In this document: piece after piece, positions 11,500-24,490 of the stretch | Layout of the letters: each line of letters begins with the position of its first letter | Position numbering within the stretch: position 1 is the stretch's first letter | DNA from: Scyliorhinus canicula | Lineage: Eukaryota | Length of the DNA stretch: 64,000 nucleotides | Assembly (NCBI RefSeq): GCF_902713615.1 | Contig: NC_052156.1 | Span: 41,648,776-41,712,775 of the forward strand | Reading direction: 5' to 3' | The notes under the pieces: model-generated | The model's input: the letters and a program-made list of their open reading frames with translations, nothing else | Databases searched by the model: none | What the model was told of the DNA's origin: nothing | Program-made: the position numbers and the translations under genes

Positions 11500-12390
11500 A
11501 ACAGAGCTGCTCGGTTTGGGCTCTGATCTGTGGGAATCATAGGTCTGCTCCGGGGCTGGGGGCTGGACAGTGGAGATTGAGAGTTTTGGGGATCTATTCG
11601 TGGGGGGCAGCTTTACGAGCTTGGAAGGCTTGGTGGAGGAATTTGAGTTGCACGCCGGAAATGGGTTCTGGTATTTGTAGGTGAGGGATTTTGTCAGGAA
11701 GCAGGTGGGGACTTTTGGGGTAGTGAAGCGTAAGTGGGAGGAAGAGTTAGGGAGGGAAGTGGAGGCTGGGCTGTGGGAGGAAGCTTTGAGGGTGAATCCA
11801 TCCTCGTCATATGCTAGGCTTAGCCTTATTCAGTTTAAAGTGGTTCACAAGGCACACATGACTGAAGCTAGGATGAGCAGGTTTTTAGAAAGGTTGGAGG
11901 ATAGGTGTGGGCAGTGCGCTGGTGGGCCTGCAAATCTTGTCCACATGTTTTGGGCCGGTCCGAAGCTTGGGGGATTCTGGCGGGGGTTCACCAAGGTTAT
12001 GTCAGAGGTCTTCGGGGTGAAGGTGGTCCCGAGCTCAGAAGTGGCGATCTTTGGAGTGTCAGAAGACCTGGGAGTCCGGGGGGTAAGAGAAATTAACGAC
12101 TTGGCCTTTGCCTCCCTGGTAGCCCGGAGACGGATCTTATTGGTGTGGCGAGACGCAGGGCCGCCAAAACCGGGGGTTTGGGTGAGTGACCTGGCAGAGT
12201 TCCTCAGGCTGGAGAAGATAAAGTTCGCCTTGAGAAGGTCTGTGGAGGGGTTTGCCCGGAGGTGGCAGCCGTTCATCGACTTCTTTGAAAATAGTTAAGG
12301 TGTCAGCAGAGGAGGGAGGGGGTTTGAAAAAGGAAGTTGGGGTGCAGGAGGCGGGATGGTGGGGGGTTAGACATTTATTTGTTTTGAGTA
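11500..12390 (+). mobile_element. L1 3' fragment
   Basis: RLSLIQFKVVH, CGQCAGGPANLVHMFW, AFASLVARRRILL. Confidence 0.85.
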
Positions 12391-12394
12391 TTTG

Positions 12395-14610
12395 TTTTTT
12401 TCTAAATGTTCTTATTAAGGTATTTGAAAATTTTAATAAAAAATAACATAGACAATGACATCAACATGGTATAATAAACATTTCCCCCCCCCCCCCCCCC
12501 ATCTCAATCTTCACACACCCCAACCATACAACAACAATCCGCACCCCACCCACCCCTCCCACCCCCCACCCCCTCCGGAATACTGCATCTGCTAACATTT
12601 TAAGTTTCCCCGAGAAAGCCGATGAACCACCTCTGGCTGAACCCGACCATTGACCCTCTTAAGGCGAACTTTATTTTCTCGAGACTGAGAAACCCAGCCA
12701 CGTCACTAACCCAGATCTCTACACTCGGGGGCTTCGAGACCCTCTACATTAACAAGATTCGTCACCGGGCTACCAGGGAGGCAAGGGCCAAGACATCAGC
12801 CTCTTTCGCCCCTGAACTCCCGGCTCTTCCGACACTCCAAAGATCGCCACCTTTTGACTTGACACCACCTGTGTTTTTAGCAACGTAGACATTGCCTTAG
12901 CAAAACCTGCCAAAACCCTTTAATCTTCGGCATGCCCAAAACATGTGGACACGGTTTGATGGGTTTCCCGCGCACCTCGCACACCTATCTTCTACCCCGA
13001 AAAACCTGCTCATCCTAGCCGCTGTCATGTGTGCCGGTGGACTACCTTAAATTGTGTCAGGCTGAGGCTGGCACATGATGAGGAGGTATTAACCCTGCTC
13101 AGGGCATCCACCCATAGACCCACCTCTATCTCTCCTCCTAGCTTGTCCTCCCACTTGCCCGTAAGCTCCTCCGCCTCCAAAAGCTCCTGGTAAATATCTG
13201 AAACCTTCCCTTCTCCCACCCAGGTACTGGAGACTACTCTATCCTGTATCCCCCGTGGCGACAGCAGCGGAAAGGCCGGCACCTGTTTTCTCAGGAAGTT
13301 TCGCACCTGCAAATACATAAACCCGTTCCCTGCTGGCAATTCAAATTTATCCTCCAAGGCTTTCAGGCTGGGAAAGCTCCCATCTATAAATAGATCCCTC
13401 AGCCTTCTAATTCCTGCCCTTTGCCAACTCCGGAACCCATCATCTAGCCTACTCGGTACAAACCGATGATTATTATAAATTGGGGTCCAAACCGATGCTC
13501 CCTCCACTCTCTTATATCTCCTCCAATGCCTCCAGATTCTCAGAACCGCCACCACCACCGGACTTGTGGAGTAACGGGCCGGCGAGGACGGAAGAGGTGC
13601 CGTTATCAGTGCTCCCAAACTGGTGTCTTTGCATGACGCTGGCTCCATCTGCTCCCATGCCGACCCCTCCCCCACTACACACTTCCTAATCATGGCTATA
13701 TTAGCAGCCCAGTAGTAATTGCAGTGCCGACCTACGCTCCCCCCGACTGCGCTCCAGCAACACTTTCTTCACTCGCGGGGTTTTTCCCTCCCACACAAAG
13801 CTCAAAATAACCTTATTTACCCGCTTGAAAAAGGTCTTCGGGAATGAAGATGGGGAGGCACTGAAAGACAAATAGAAATCTGGAGAGGACCGTCATTTTC
13901 ACGGCTGGACCCTCCCCGCCAGTGATAGCGGGAGCATGTCCCGTCTTTTAAAGTCCCCTTCCATTTGTTCTACCAGTTGGGATAGGTTTAACTTGTGTAG
14001 TGCCTCCCATTCCCAGGCCACCTGGATTCCCAGATATCAAAAGCTCTTCCCTACCATTCTAAGCAGCAGCTCTCCCAGTCTCTTCTCCTGTCCTCTTGCC
14101 TCGATCGCAAACATCTCGCTTTTCCCCATGTTAAATTTATACCCTGAAAAATTGCCACATTCCCCCAAAATTCGCATTACTTCCCCCATCCCCTCCAACG
14201 GGTCTGAAATATGCAAGAGCAGGTCATCTGCGTAAAGCGAGACCCGGTGCCCCCCCCCCCCCCCCCCCCCCCCCAAACCAGCCCTTTCCAGATCCTAGAG
14301 GCTCTTAACGCCATGGCCAATGGCTCTGGCTGGTTTAGCTCACCAGGCTAAATCGCTGGCTTTTAAAGCAGACCAAGCAGGCCAGCAGCACGGTTCAATT
14401 CCCATACCAGCCTCCCCGGACAGGCGCCGGAATGTGGCGACTAGGGGCTTTTCACAGTAACTTCATTGAAGCCTACTCGTGACAATAAGCGATTTTCATT
14501 TCATTTCATTTCTATGGCCAGAGTAAACAGTAACGGGGAGAGGGGGCACCCTTGCCTCGTCCCTCAGTGTAGTTTAAAATACCCCGATCTCAGCCGGTTC
14601 GTATGCACAC
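12395..14610 (-). mobile_element. L1 3' fragment (RT to 3' end), tail-to-tail with the previous copy
   Basis: GTRQGCPLSP, SLYADDLLL motifs; ORF2 C-terminal homology to the 25190-28281 copy. Confidence 0.87.
14328..14512 (+). mobile_element. tRNA-derived SINE with (TTTCA)n tail, nested in L1
   Basis: ggctggtttagctca..ggttcaattccc tRNA-like head; tttcatttcatttc tail; partial copy on the minus strand at ~44772-44880. Confidence 0.8.
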
Positions 14611-14639
14611 TCGCTGCTGGTGCCTGATAGCTGCTGGTG

Positions 14640-15088
14640 CCTACTGCGCTAATCCTGTTTGCATACTCTCCTACTGTGAGAGTTGCGGGTGCTCTGTCAG
14701 ATTTTGCCATTCTCCAGACACACTGATTTACTGGATCGAACGACAGGCTGTGGGCATTCATGAAGTCAATGCCCAGTATGTGTTCTGCTGTGCGGGGCAG
14801 ATTAACTAACACAACGGGGTGTCTGGTGGAGATGTTCCCTAGCTGAATTGATACAGGGGCTGTAATGTGTCCCTGGCGTGAGTGACCTGTAAATCCGCTG
14901 AGGGTTATTGAAGCTGTAATGGGCCACGTGTCTGCCTGTGGTGTAGAGGAGGAATTAATGGTAGTGCGGGACCCTCCTGTGTCCTAAAGTAATTCTATGG
15001 GCTTCCCTCTAATTTTTGCTGTGACCACCGGTCTTCCGGATCGGTCCCAGAGGGTGTCACAGACCCAAGTGGGGGAGCCCGAACACCG
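14640..15088 (-). pseudogene. pro: Retroviral-type aspartic protease, one premature stop
   Basis: GRPVVTAKIRGKPIELL*DTGGSRTTI...LSGFTG...HILGIDFM, in the same frame as the gag knuckle. Confidence 0.82.
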
Positions 15089-16853
15089 TCAGTCCGTTCC
15101 GTCCACATTGGTCTGTCCTGACTGCGTCTCTATACTGTGGATTGGCTTTGCTTTGTTCCTGGTCAGAGTGCCTGTCTGCTGGCCTCTCTGAGATTTCTGC
15201 GGGCCGTTGCATTCCCTAGCGAAATGCCCTAACTGTCCGCAGTTATAACATTCCTGCGACTTCTGTGGGGGGCTGTTCTTTCATTCATTTACCCATGCGG
15301 GGTTTTGGTGCGCTCTTACTGCCTGTATATCTGCTGCAGCCTGAGCTTCTTCTGGGGTCTTTACTTTTACCTTGACAGATTTACTTTTACCTTGCCTAGG
15401 ACAGATTGTTCCCAAGCACGGGACAATTTTTCAATACCCATTTTTCATTATGGGCCTCTTCTGAGGGTTCATAACTGCTGCAGACATTCTGTCCTGCATC
15501 TGTGGTGTGGGAGATTATTGTGCGGGTCCATTTAACCATATTATCGCGGGTTAAATGTGCGCGGTCTAAATCGCCAAAGACGGCAGTGAAATGAATCCAC
15601 AGCCTTCCTGCGAAAGCTGTGGGGTACTCTGTCCTCTTTTGCCTACACTTATTTAGGCCTTCAACTGGGTCTCCTCTGTTGTACCCTATCGCGTCTATAA
15701 TAGCTGTATGCATCTCTTCGAGGGTGCCTCCTCCAACGTTCTGTGGGTCGGGGAGGGCTGCTACAACCGATGAGTCTAAACTCAAAACTGTGAGCTTCAC
15801 TTGCTCTCGCTCATCCAGGCCGTACATGGTCGCCTGCTGTTTCACTCTTGCGGAAAATTGGTGGGGGTCTGCAGTGGGGAGGAACGGGGTGATTTTCTCA
15901 CACGCGTCCCTTAGTTGTGTTACAGTTAAGGGGGTGGTGTATGTGATCTCGGGTGCGCCTTCTGCGGTTGCTTTTCTTTGGGTGGTGACTGGGTTCATTG
16001 GTGCGGGTGCTATCTGATCTGTGGGGGGTTGGGGCGCATTCCTTTTCTGTTGCGCTGCTGGCGCACATGTTCCCTGAACATAGCGCTGCACGGTTTCGCT
16101 TAATTCCTGCCAATCTGGGGCATTTTCTTCATCTAACTGGGTCCCAAATGTCTCTTGGAACCCATTCTGTACAGAAAGCAGAGATTGCAGCTGCGCAATC
16201 TGCTTCCTACATTTCGCATGATCCACTGTGCTTTGCCTTTGCTCAGTGGTGGCAGCATGGAGTGCTCTTAAAGCTGCCTTTAGGTCAGAGCATTGCCTCT
16301 GCAGTGCCTCTACCTGCTTTTCTGAATCTTCTCTTATCAGAACTGTGCGCTGCACATCCTGATAGACTTTCTCATACTGGGCTTGGGAACTGCTCAGATG
16401 GGCTAGACAAGACTGATGTGCCCTCTTGGCATCATCCACCTCTCTATCCTTCTCTGCCAACGTCCTTCTTAATTCTATGTTATCCTTTTCAACATCGCAA
16501 ATGTCGACTTTGCTCATTCTATTCTTTTCCTCTAATTCTTTGCGGACCGTCCGAACGACCTCCTCTGTGCCTCGCAATTGTGCCAAGCAGGACACAATTG
16601 CCATCGGCTTACGTGCTTTACATAAACTCTTTTTATGAATTTGAGATAGGTTCTCCCACCAAGTATGTCCTATACTCCCAGGACCTGTCTCCTCATTCAC
16701 ACAAAATTCACTCCAAAGGGGCCATCCTTTCCCTTTGAGGTACTTCCTGAGTTCCAGCTCCCATACGGGACACTGACCTACTCTCCTACTGTTGGTCGCT
16801 GCGACCACGAACTGCTCTGGATTCATGAGGCGTTCCATTGCCTGCATGGCCAT
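15089..16853 (-). pseudogene. gag: Gag polyprotein (coiled coil, capsid-like region, CCHC), frameshifted after ~15430
   Basis: 485-aa ORF, then [15 protein letters not shown] zinc knuckle (~15205-15255), which reads in frame to TGA at 15091-15089. Confidence 0.8.
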
Positions 16854-18074
16854 TTTCTCTTATGCTCTCTTTAATTTGGAACGAGGGATGATAAGGCAAT
16901 GCTTTTAAAATACGGGTACGGCTGTCGCTATGTTCCGACTTATAAAACTCCCGACAGTTTGTCGCAACAAAAGTCTCTCGGCTTAACCTTACAACCTTGT
17001 TAGTTACGCATGCAAAAACACACTTCCGAATTATGACTATTGATTTGAACTCCTTGAACACTTGTGGTTTCTCCTTTTTCCCAATTGGATTTCCAATTCA
17101 AATTTCTGGGTTTTCTCGGAGTTGGGGGGGGGGGGGGGGGGGGGCACTTCTAATCGAGTCCCACCAGAGTTGCCACTAAATGTTGCTCGTTCTGGGTGAG
17201 TGGGCTTAACACTCAATTTGGCTCTGTTTCGTTACTTAGCTCTGGAGTCGCCAGGTATCGTTAAGATACCGCCACAAGTTTCAAGGTCAAGTTCAAAGCA
17301 ATAAAACCATACACCAATTAGTAAGTTCAAACAAATGAGTTTATTATAATACAATTATAATACTACCCATGCACACGCTAAGATGATTAAACTATTCCTA
17401 CCACTAAATAAACCAAGGAGGGCTGGTTAAGAAGAACAAACTAAGTGTGGGACCTGTCTTTTATAGGTCCTAGGGCTTTGCGCCCTTTTGGGCGGACCCT
17501 TTACCTGCTGGGAATCGATTGGGTCTCTTCCCTAACGATTTGTTTGAATCCCCCCAATACTGAGGCTGTCTCTCGGCTACTGGGCGGGCCTTCAGGTGCT
17601 TTGTTTTCGAACCCCGCTGGTGCTGGGGTGTCTGGTTTCCCATACACTGTTGCAATCATTTCTCTATTTGTGTCCATTGTCCCTGGGATCGTTCCATTGC
17701 TATGTTAACTATCCCGGAGATTGCCTCATTAGTATACTGTCTGCTCTCTTAGCCGACAGAATACACATTGGCTTGGTGCAGCCTGCTTGTGCTGCAAACA
17801 TTGTCCATTTTAACCTGCAAGCTTTGTGTTCCTCCATTTTGTATTGAGGGAATGGCCAACTTCGGTGGCTACAAAGTGCCTCCCGAAAACTCTCTTTCCT
17901 CATTTAATGCACTCCCTAAAGCCAACCTCTTTGACAATTCTGCCTTATGCAGCTCAATGTACATGTTACCTTATATTATGGTTGCTCTGTAGTCCAAACG
18001 GGGTTGAACAATTACAGGCTCAGGTACATGATTTAGAACAGGTAAATAATGCAGTTTGGTTAGGGAAGTGTGAA

Positions 18075-20986
18075 GGCCGGATTCCCATTCCTGAGTGTTG
18101 ATGCCAAGGCAGGATTCGTGGAGTTCTACAACATCAAAAATGGTGTCGCAACGGGACCAATTCAATGACCGTTAGGGGGCTAGCACCAACACCACATCGA
18201 ATACAATTGATTCCAATGAGAAATGGTGCAGGATTCGCCGGGTCTGGAATTGGCACTCAGGAGGCTGAAAACCTGCAGCACATCTCCACAATGCACTCCC
18301 CACACACCATCCCAGCCAACAAAATGACAGCAAGATGCGCGGCCCCAACTGGAGACCCTGCTGGACGCCATGGTGGAGAGGCCGGTGACCCTGTACTCTG
18401 GGTGGGAAGGAGATTGCCAGCCACCATTCACCGGGTCTGGATGCAGGTGGCATAGGTGGTCAGGGCAGTGGGCAACACCATCCGGACCGGCCAGCAGTGC
18501 CGGAAGAAACTGCACTACCTCCTCAGGGCGGCCAGGGTGAGTAGGCAGAACCGGGCACCAACCCCCGAACCACACACCCGTAAACCTACCCTCACGTCCC
18601 AGAGAGCGGTCGAATCCCCACCCTGCACCACATGCCGGCACACATACCGGCCACCATGACCGGGTGCCCTGGCCACTCAAGCCACCAGCTACCTATGCTG
18701 CATACATCGGAACTGTCTAACTGCGTTTTGTGTGTGTTTTCTCCCACCCCCGGAGAAGGCAGCAGGGTAGCATGGTGGTTAGCATAAATGCTTCACAGCT
18801 CCAGGGTCCCAGGTTCGATTCCCGGCTGGGTCACTGTCTGTGTGGAGTCTGCACGTCCTCCCCCTGTGTGCGTGGGTTTCCTCCGGGTGCTCCGGTTTCC
18901 TCCCACAGTCCAAAGATGTGCGGGTTAGGTGGATTGGCCATGCTAAATTGCCCGTAGTGTCCTAAAAAAAGTAAGGTTAAGGGGGGGGGTTGTTGGGTTA
19001 CGGGTATAGGGTGGATATGTGGGTTTGAGTAGGGTGATCATGGCTCGGCACAACATTGAGGGCCGAAGGGCCTGTTCTGTGCTGTACTGTTCTATGTTCT
19101 AAGGCAGCTCAGAACCGCCGGGAGTGGGAGAAGACTGGACCTGCAGCCCCTCACCCCAGCAGAGCAGAGGGCACTGGATGTGGTCAGTGGGCTCAAGGAA
19201 AGGGCAGTCGCTAGGGTGGACGTCGGCACCGGGCAAGGAAGTGAGACCCCGCTGAGTTGTGGTTCCCTTTGGCATATGCGTCACCCCTACATTACCCACA
19301 CACCAACCACTAGCCTCACACTACCAACCACACTCCCACTCCACCATCACCCCTACACTCCCCTCCCCGTTCAACACCCCCCCCCCCTCCCCCAGGCCAG
19401 CAATGTAATTGCACGTCTTGTCTTATGTCTTGCAAGAGCTCTTGGTGATGGGGCTGGCCCTTCTGGTGTCCTCCGACTCCAGCCACAGACGGAACCCCAG
19501 GTGGCAAGCAGCGACAAGGAGGCACTGACAGGGAAGGGAGCCCTCGGCCCACATCCCAAAATACCCCCTAGACTGAGTCCAGGGATGACATTGATATCCC
19601 ATCACAGCTGTCACCAGACCCTCCACAATCCTAGAGACACTCACCTAGGTTGAGCACCTTAGTGAAGATGCTCCTGGGACACTATCTGGTGCACATCACA
19701 CACATGCTCCAGTACAGCAGATGGAGGTTGGAAACCCGAGAGGGTTGGACGGTCGGAGGGCAAACCAACCCCAGGGACTAGCTGCTGTCCAGATGGGTTT
19801 GGGGCTTCTGGAACAGACGGTCCCAACGATTGTGGAGCTGCAGTCGCAGAAACAGGGACTGCATGAGGAGAGCTTCCAGCACCTGCAGGTGCAGTTGGAG
19901 GAGGTGGTGCTGACCATGAGTGCCACCCAGGCCAACACCGCATGGCTGGCGTCCGCAATGGAGCCCTTGGTGCAAAGGTTTCGGCCATGGATCAACATGT
20001 CCAAAGCCTGGGGCATTCTGTGCAGGCAGTGTCTGAGGCCCAGGACAAGGCTGCCCGCTCACAGGTACCCATTTGCCAGAGCCACCTAGACATTGCAGCC
20101 GCTCTCCTGAGCATGGTCCAGTCACAACGAGCAATGGCAGAGCACCGGCGGTATTGCCCAGGCGCTGGCTGATGTGGCTCAGACACAGGAAGGTTGCACA
20201 GTTGCACAAGGAGATGGCGCAGTCACTAGCTGAAGTGTGGCACAATCGCAGCGTGATGTGGCGCAGTCCCAGATGGAGGTGGTCCATTCCCTGTGCTCCA
20301 TGGCCGCGAGTATGCAGACCCTGATTGAGACAGCACTAGTCCTCCAGGACTGGCAACGAACGGCAGGTGGCAGGGAGCCTCAGCGGTTAGCTCCGCTCGC
20401 ACTCCCGTCCCGTGGAGTAGCCCGGGGGCCACCAGGTACCCCGAGGGAGGACGAGGTGATGGGGCTGGTGCCAGTGACTCCTGCAGGGGAGGTGCCGAAA
20501 CACTGCAGCACCTCGAACTCTTCTTCCCACCCGTTCTCCCCTTCTGTCCCTGGCACAGAAGGATGTGAGAGGTGGGCTGGCCGCACAGGGGATGCGGTGG
20601 GGAATGGGCGGACATTGGGCATGGGCTTGGCCTAGGGACTGTGGTCCAGCCAGCACTCACTGTTCCGGTGTCCCAGCATCCCCCACCATCCCCACCTCCG
20701 CCATCCCAAGGAATCGATAGGACCGTGATGAAATGGACAGCTCACATGCAGGGATCACGCAGGTGGACTCTGGTATGTGCAACCGTGGGCATGAGTCAGA
20801 CATTGTTAAACGATGAGGAACACCAGAGCTCATCCTCTATCCCAGGTACCAGACCTGATATTCCTGCCAACGCAGAGCCTGCACCCCGTAGAGCGGGAGG
20901 TAGATATCACGGAGGGGGTTGCAGGCGGGGGATGTGAGCTGTTGGTGGGTGTGGGTGGGATGCGGTGTCCATGCCCCTGTCCAGGT

Positions 20987-21019
<33 letters not shown>

Positions 21020-21902
21020 ATTGAACCATGTTGCTGGTGACCCTCACTGCGCACTATTGGGAGGGCCCTTCCAGTGGTCCAGGCACCGGAACCGTATCTT
21101 CAAGATGCCTAAGAACCGCTCTATCATGCATCTGGTCGCTGCATGGGCATCGCCGTAGCAGGTCTCCGCGTCGGTCTGTGGCCTTCAGATAGGTGTCATC
21201 AGCCACAACTGCAATGGTGACCCTACACCCAGGAGCCAACCCCCCACCACCACTACCCCTCCCCCAAAGCCGGGGGCGCCCCGAAGAGGCCAGTAACGTC
21301 GAGTGCCAGGTTGAAGGGGTTGTGCACACTGCCCGGATATTGGGTGCAGAAGTGCATGATGACCTGCTTGAAGTGCGTGATGGTCACGCACCAAATGCAT
21401 GTTCAAGAGGAACCACTTTCGGTTTGTGAAGAGCGGCCTTCATCTGCAGGTGGTTGTAGGGCAACATGGATCCCGTTGATCACCCCCTGGACCCGGGGCA
21501 TCTCGGCAATGGCAGTGAACCCGGTTGCCAAGGCACTCTGGTGGGCTCGGTCCACATTGAAATGATGTATTGTGCCGCCCTGGCATATAAGGCCTCTGTG
21601 ACAGCCAGGGGCATGATTGAGCGGTGCTTTGGCATCTTGTGCGCTAGGAGGGTCACCAGCAACATGGTAGCCTGCTGCATCCTCCACAGCATAGCGCAAC
21701 AGATGGGCAGCGCGCTGGAGGAAGATGATGAACGCCAGTCCTCATCTGATGAGGGAGGATGCGGGGGAGGCCATGACGGCGCAGATGCTTCTGTGTACCA
21801 AACTAGGACAGATCCCTACTCGACGCCTGGAAGGATACTGTGATATAAAATTTCAGGGCGACCGTCATCTTGACGCCCATTTGGAGCTGGTGTCCTATCC
21901 CA

Positions 21903-21933
<31 letters not shown>

Positions 21934-22430
21934 ACCCCCGGAGGTGTCAGGTGCACCATGATCTGGCAGATATGTCGCACTGTCCCCCTGCTCAGCCGGT
22001 ATCTTTGACAGCTTACTAGATCCAACAGGTCCTCGAATGACAGGCGCTGCCGGTACACACGAGGCCTCATGCGGCGCCTCCTCCTCCTCCACAGTCTGTT
22101 GGGCGGGCGGCTCTCCATTCTCGAGGACTGCCTCCTGTTCCTCTGCGGCAGGCTCTGCTGCTACAGCGTCCTCCTCCTCGAGCAATTCCAGCTCATACAG
22201 CCTCAGTGCATCCACCCCAGGGCTGCGGCGACTAGCAGGAATTCCCCCCAGTGGAGGCTGAGAATCATGGATGCCCCGGGTGAGCGTTTACTGAACATGA
22301 GGAGTAGAACGCATTGACGCCGCTGTCAAGGCAGCGGAAAATTGTGATTTGGCATGAACCCGGCCCCGCCACAATTTCAGCATCACAACCGGTTCTCCGC
22401 CCAAGTTTCCTGATATTGGCGTCGGCTGAC
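18075..22430 (+). mobile_element. Decayed PIF/Harbinger DNA transposon (Myb/SANT-like gene on +, DDE nuclease on -)
   Basis: +: WMQVA..RTGQQCRKKLHYLLRAAR followed by donor GTGAGT ~18537; -: RPRVYRQR..RYRLSRGTV, VQGVINGIHV, WLLG, IERFLGILKIRFRCLD (HARBI1-like). Confidence 0.82.
18764..19100 (+). mobile_element. HE1 SINE inserted in the Harbinger Myb gene
   Basis: Full head/core/tail (gttctatgttct); TSD AAGGCAGC at 18756-18763 and 19101-19108. Confidence 0.9.
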
Positions 22431-23002
22431 AGATGATCTTTGAGCAGTTGTTTTGGGGAGTCCAAATGCAGATTCAGTGATCGCCTTCCTGCATACCTTT
22501 GTTCAGTCCAAGTGTGACCCTAAATGTCCAGTCACTACCATTTTAATCCTCCAACCCACTAACTCTGACCACAGCCTCCAACATTGTTGAAATGAAGGTC
22601 AGCACAAGCTCAAATAACAAACCACATTTTCCTGGGCACTTACCAAAATTTCAGATTATGACCACTGCATCACTCCATCGCATGGCAGCTCTCAGTACCG
22701 ATTCAGATATTGCCATCTTTTGTTTCTTGCTGCATTGTCATTTATCAATCAATTCGGTCTTCCATATCATCACATTTGGTTTTCAGGAAGAGTTGATAAG
22801 AACGGAAGAAAAAACACTGGTCTCAATGATGTTTTAAAGATGATAGGAGTGGAACTTCCGGTGGCGGCGATGACGTAGGAAGCCGCACATTTGGGAGCTC
22901 CCGTTTTAAAAGGACTTTTCGGCTCTTTTTAGAGCCCAAAACGGAAATTTTTCGACATCTCCCGGTGGGAGAAGGTGTGCTCATCGACTTTCCCTGCAGT
23001 CC

Positions 23003-23833
23003 ATGACTCGAACTCGGAGTGGAAAGGGGGAAAAGACGGCAGCAGCTCCCCAGAAAAAACGGGGGAAGGATTCCAAGATGGCGGCCGGCGGAGCTCCAGA
23101 GGAGTGGAAGCAGTGGGCCCTGGAGCAACAAGCTGCTCTCCTGCGCTGTTTTGCAGACTTCAAGGCTGAGGTACTGAGCTCTCTGCAGGAAACGAACAGA
23201 AGGGTCTCGGAGATTCAGACGACCCAGGGTGCTGCCATCAAGGAGTTGCAGACGCAGGCCACTGAACGAGAGGAGGAGGCCGGGATCCTCGTGAGTAAGG
23301 TGGAGGGACACGAGGCACTCCACAAGAAGTGGCAGGAACGCTTCGAGGAGCTTGATCACCGCATGAGGCGGAAAAATCTGCGGATCTTGGGCCTTGCGGA
23401 GGGGCTAGAGGGGTCGGACCTGACAACCTACGTGGCTACGATGCTGAACTCGCTAGTGGGGGCCGGGTCTTTCCATCTGCCCTTGGACCTGGAGGGAGCA
23501 CACAGAGTATTGGCCAGGAGGCCTAAGGAGAAGGTGCTGGTGAGGTTCCACCGGTTCAGTGATCGGGAGTGTGTGCTGCGCTGGGCCAAGAAGGTGAAGA
23601 GCAGCAATTGGGAGAATGGGGTAGTACGGATCTACCAGGATTGGAGTGCGGAGGTGGCTAAGCGGCGGTCCGGATTTAATCAGACAAAAGAGGTGTTTTA
23701 CAGGAAAAAGATAAAGTTCGGAATGTTGCAGCCCGCGCGCCTGTGGGTAACTTATTTGGACCGGCATTATTATTTTGATTCCCCGGAGGAGGCGTGGGCC
23801 TTCGTGCGGACGGAGAAACTGGACTTGAACTAG
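23003..23833 (+). CDS. L1 ORF1p (coiled coil, RRM, CTD)
   Basis: LDHRMRRKNLRILGLAEG, LEGAHR, VRIYQDWS, PARLWV; intact 276 aa. Confidence 0.9.
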   Translation: MTRTRSGKGEKTAAAPQKKRGKDSKMAAGGAPEEWKQWALEQQAALLRCFADFKAEVLSSLQETNRRVSEIQTTQGAAIKELQTQATEREEEAGILVSKVEGHEALHKKWQERFEELDHRMRRKNLRILGLAEGLEGSDLTTYVATMLNSLVGAGSFHLPLDLEGAHRVLARRPKEKVLVRFHRFSDRECVLRWAKKVKSSNWENGVVRIYQDWSAEVAKRRSGFNQTKEVFYRKKIKFGMLQPARLWVTYLDRHYYFDSPEEAWAFVRTEKLDLN

Positions 23834-24490
23834 GGGTTGGGGGTTGCGGGGTCGGTTGTAATACTTTATTGCTGGATTCTGCTGTTGCTGTGTTCTCTTT
23901 TTTTTGTACTTTTGCAATTTTGATATGGGTATTTATTGGGGTGTTGTTCTGTTATGTTTTTTTGCTGTGGGGCATTGTTTGAGTTTTGTATCTTGCGGGG
24001 AGGGTTGGGGGGGTTTGTTGTATTCTATGTCGGGTTGGGGGTATGAAGTGGGGCTGGTATTTGGGAGCTGCGTCAGAAGGGTGTGGTGGGGCAGTGCAAA
24101 AGTGCGGGCTTTCCCGCACTGCGGGGATGGGGGGTGGAGACGATGACAGGGGAGGCGGGGTCTTAACTGGTTCTTCCCCGCGCTGGAGCGGTGCCTGGAG
24201 GAGGGATAGATTGGGGGATGATCCCACTTTGGGAGGGGTCGGGTTATTGGCGGGAGTTTCCGGGGTCAGCAGAAGTTAGTTGACCCACGGAAGTACAATG
24301 GAGGATGGTTCGCGGCTAGGAGGGTTCCTAGCCTGGGGGGGGAAGGGAGGGGGGGAAGGGGAATACCGGGTTGCTGCTGGTAGGGTCAGGAAGGAGCTGG
24401 TGGGGGCTGGGGGGACAGAGGTGAGGTGTTGTCGCTGTGGGGACTGGGTCGGGTAGGGGGTGCTGGCCTGGGGCGGGCAGTCGACGGGCT

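Larger units (their letters stand above)
14630..17873 (-). mobile_element. 3'-truncated retrovirus-like provirus (5' LTR, PBS, gag, pro)
   Basis: LTR 17181-17873 (TGTAGCC..AACA); PBS 17154-17175 resembles tRNA-Arg(UCU) 3' end; gag, CCHC knuckle and protease follow; sequence stops at an L1 junction. Confidence 0.85.
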
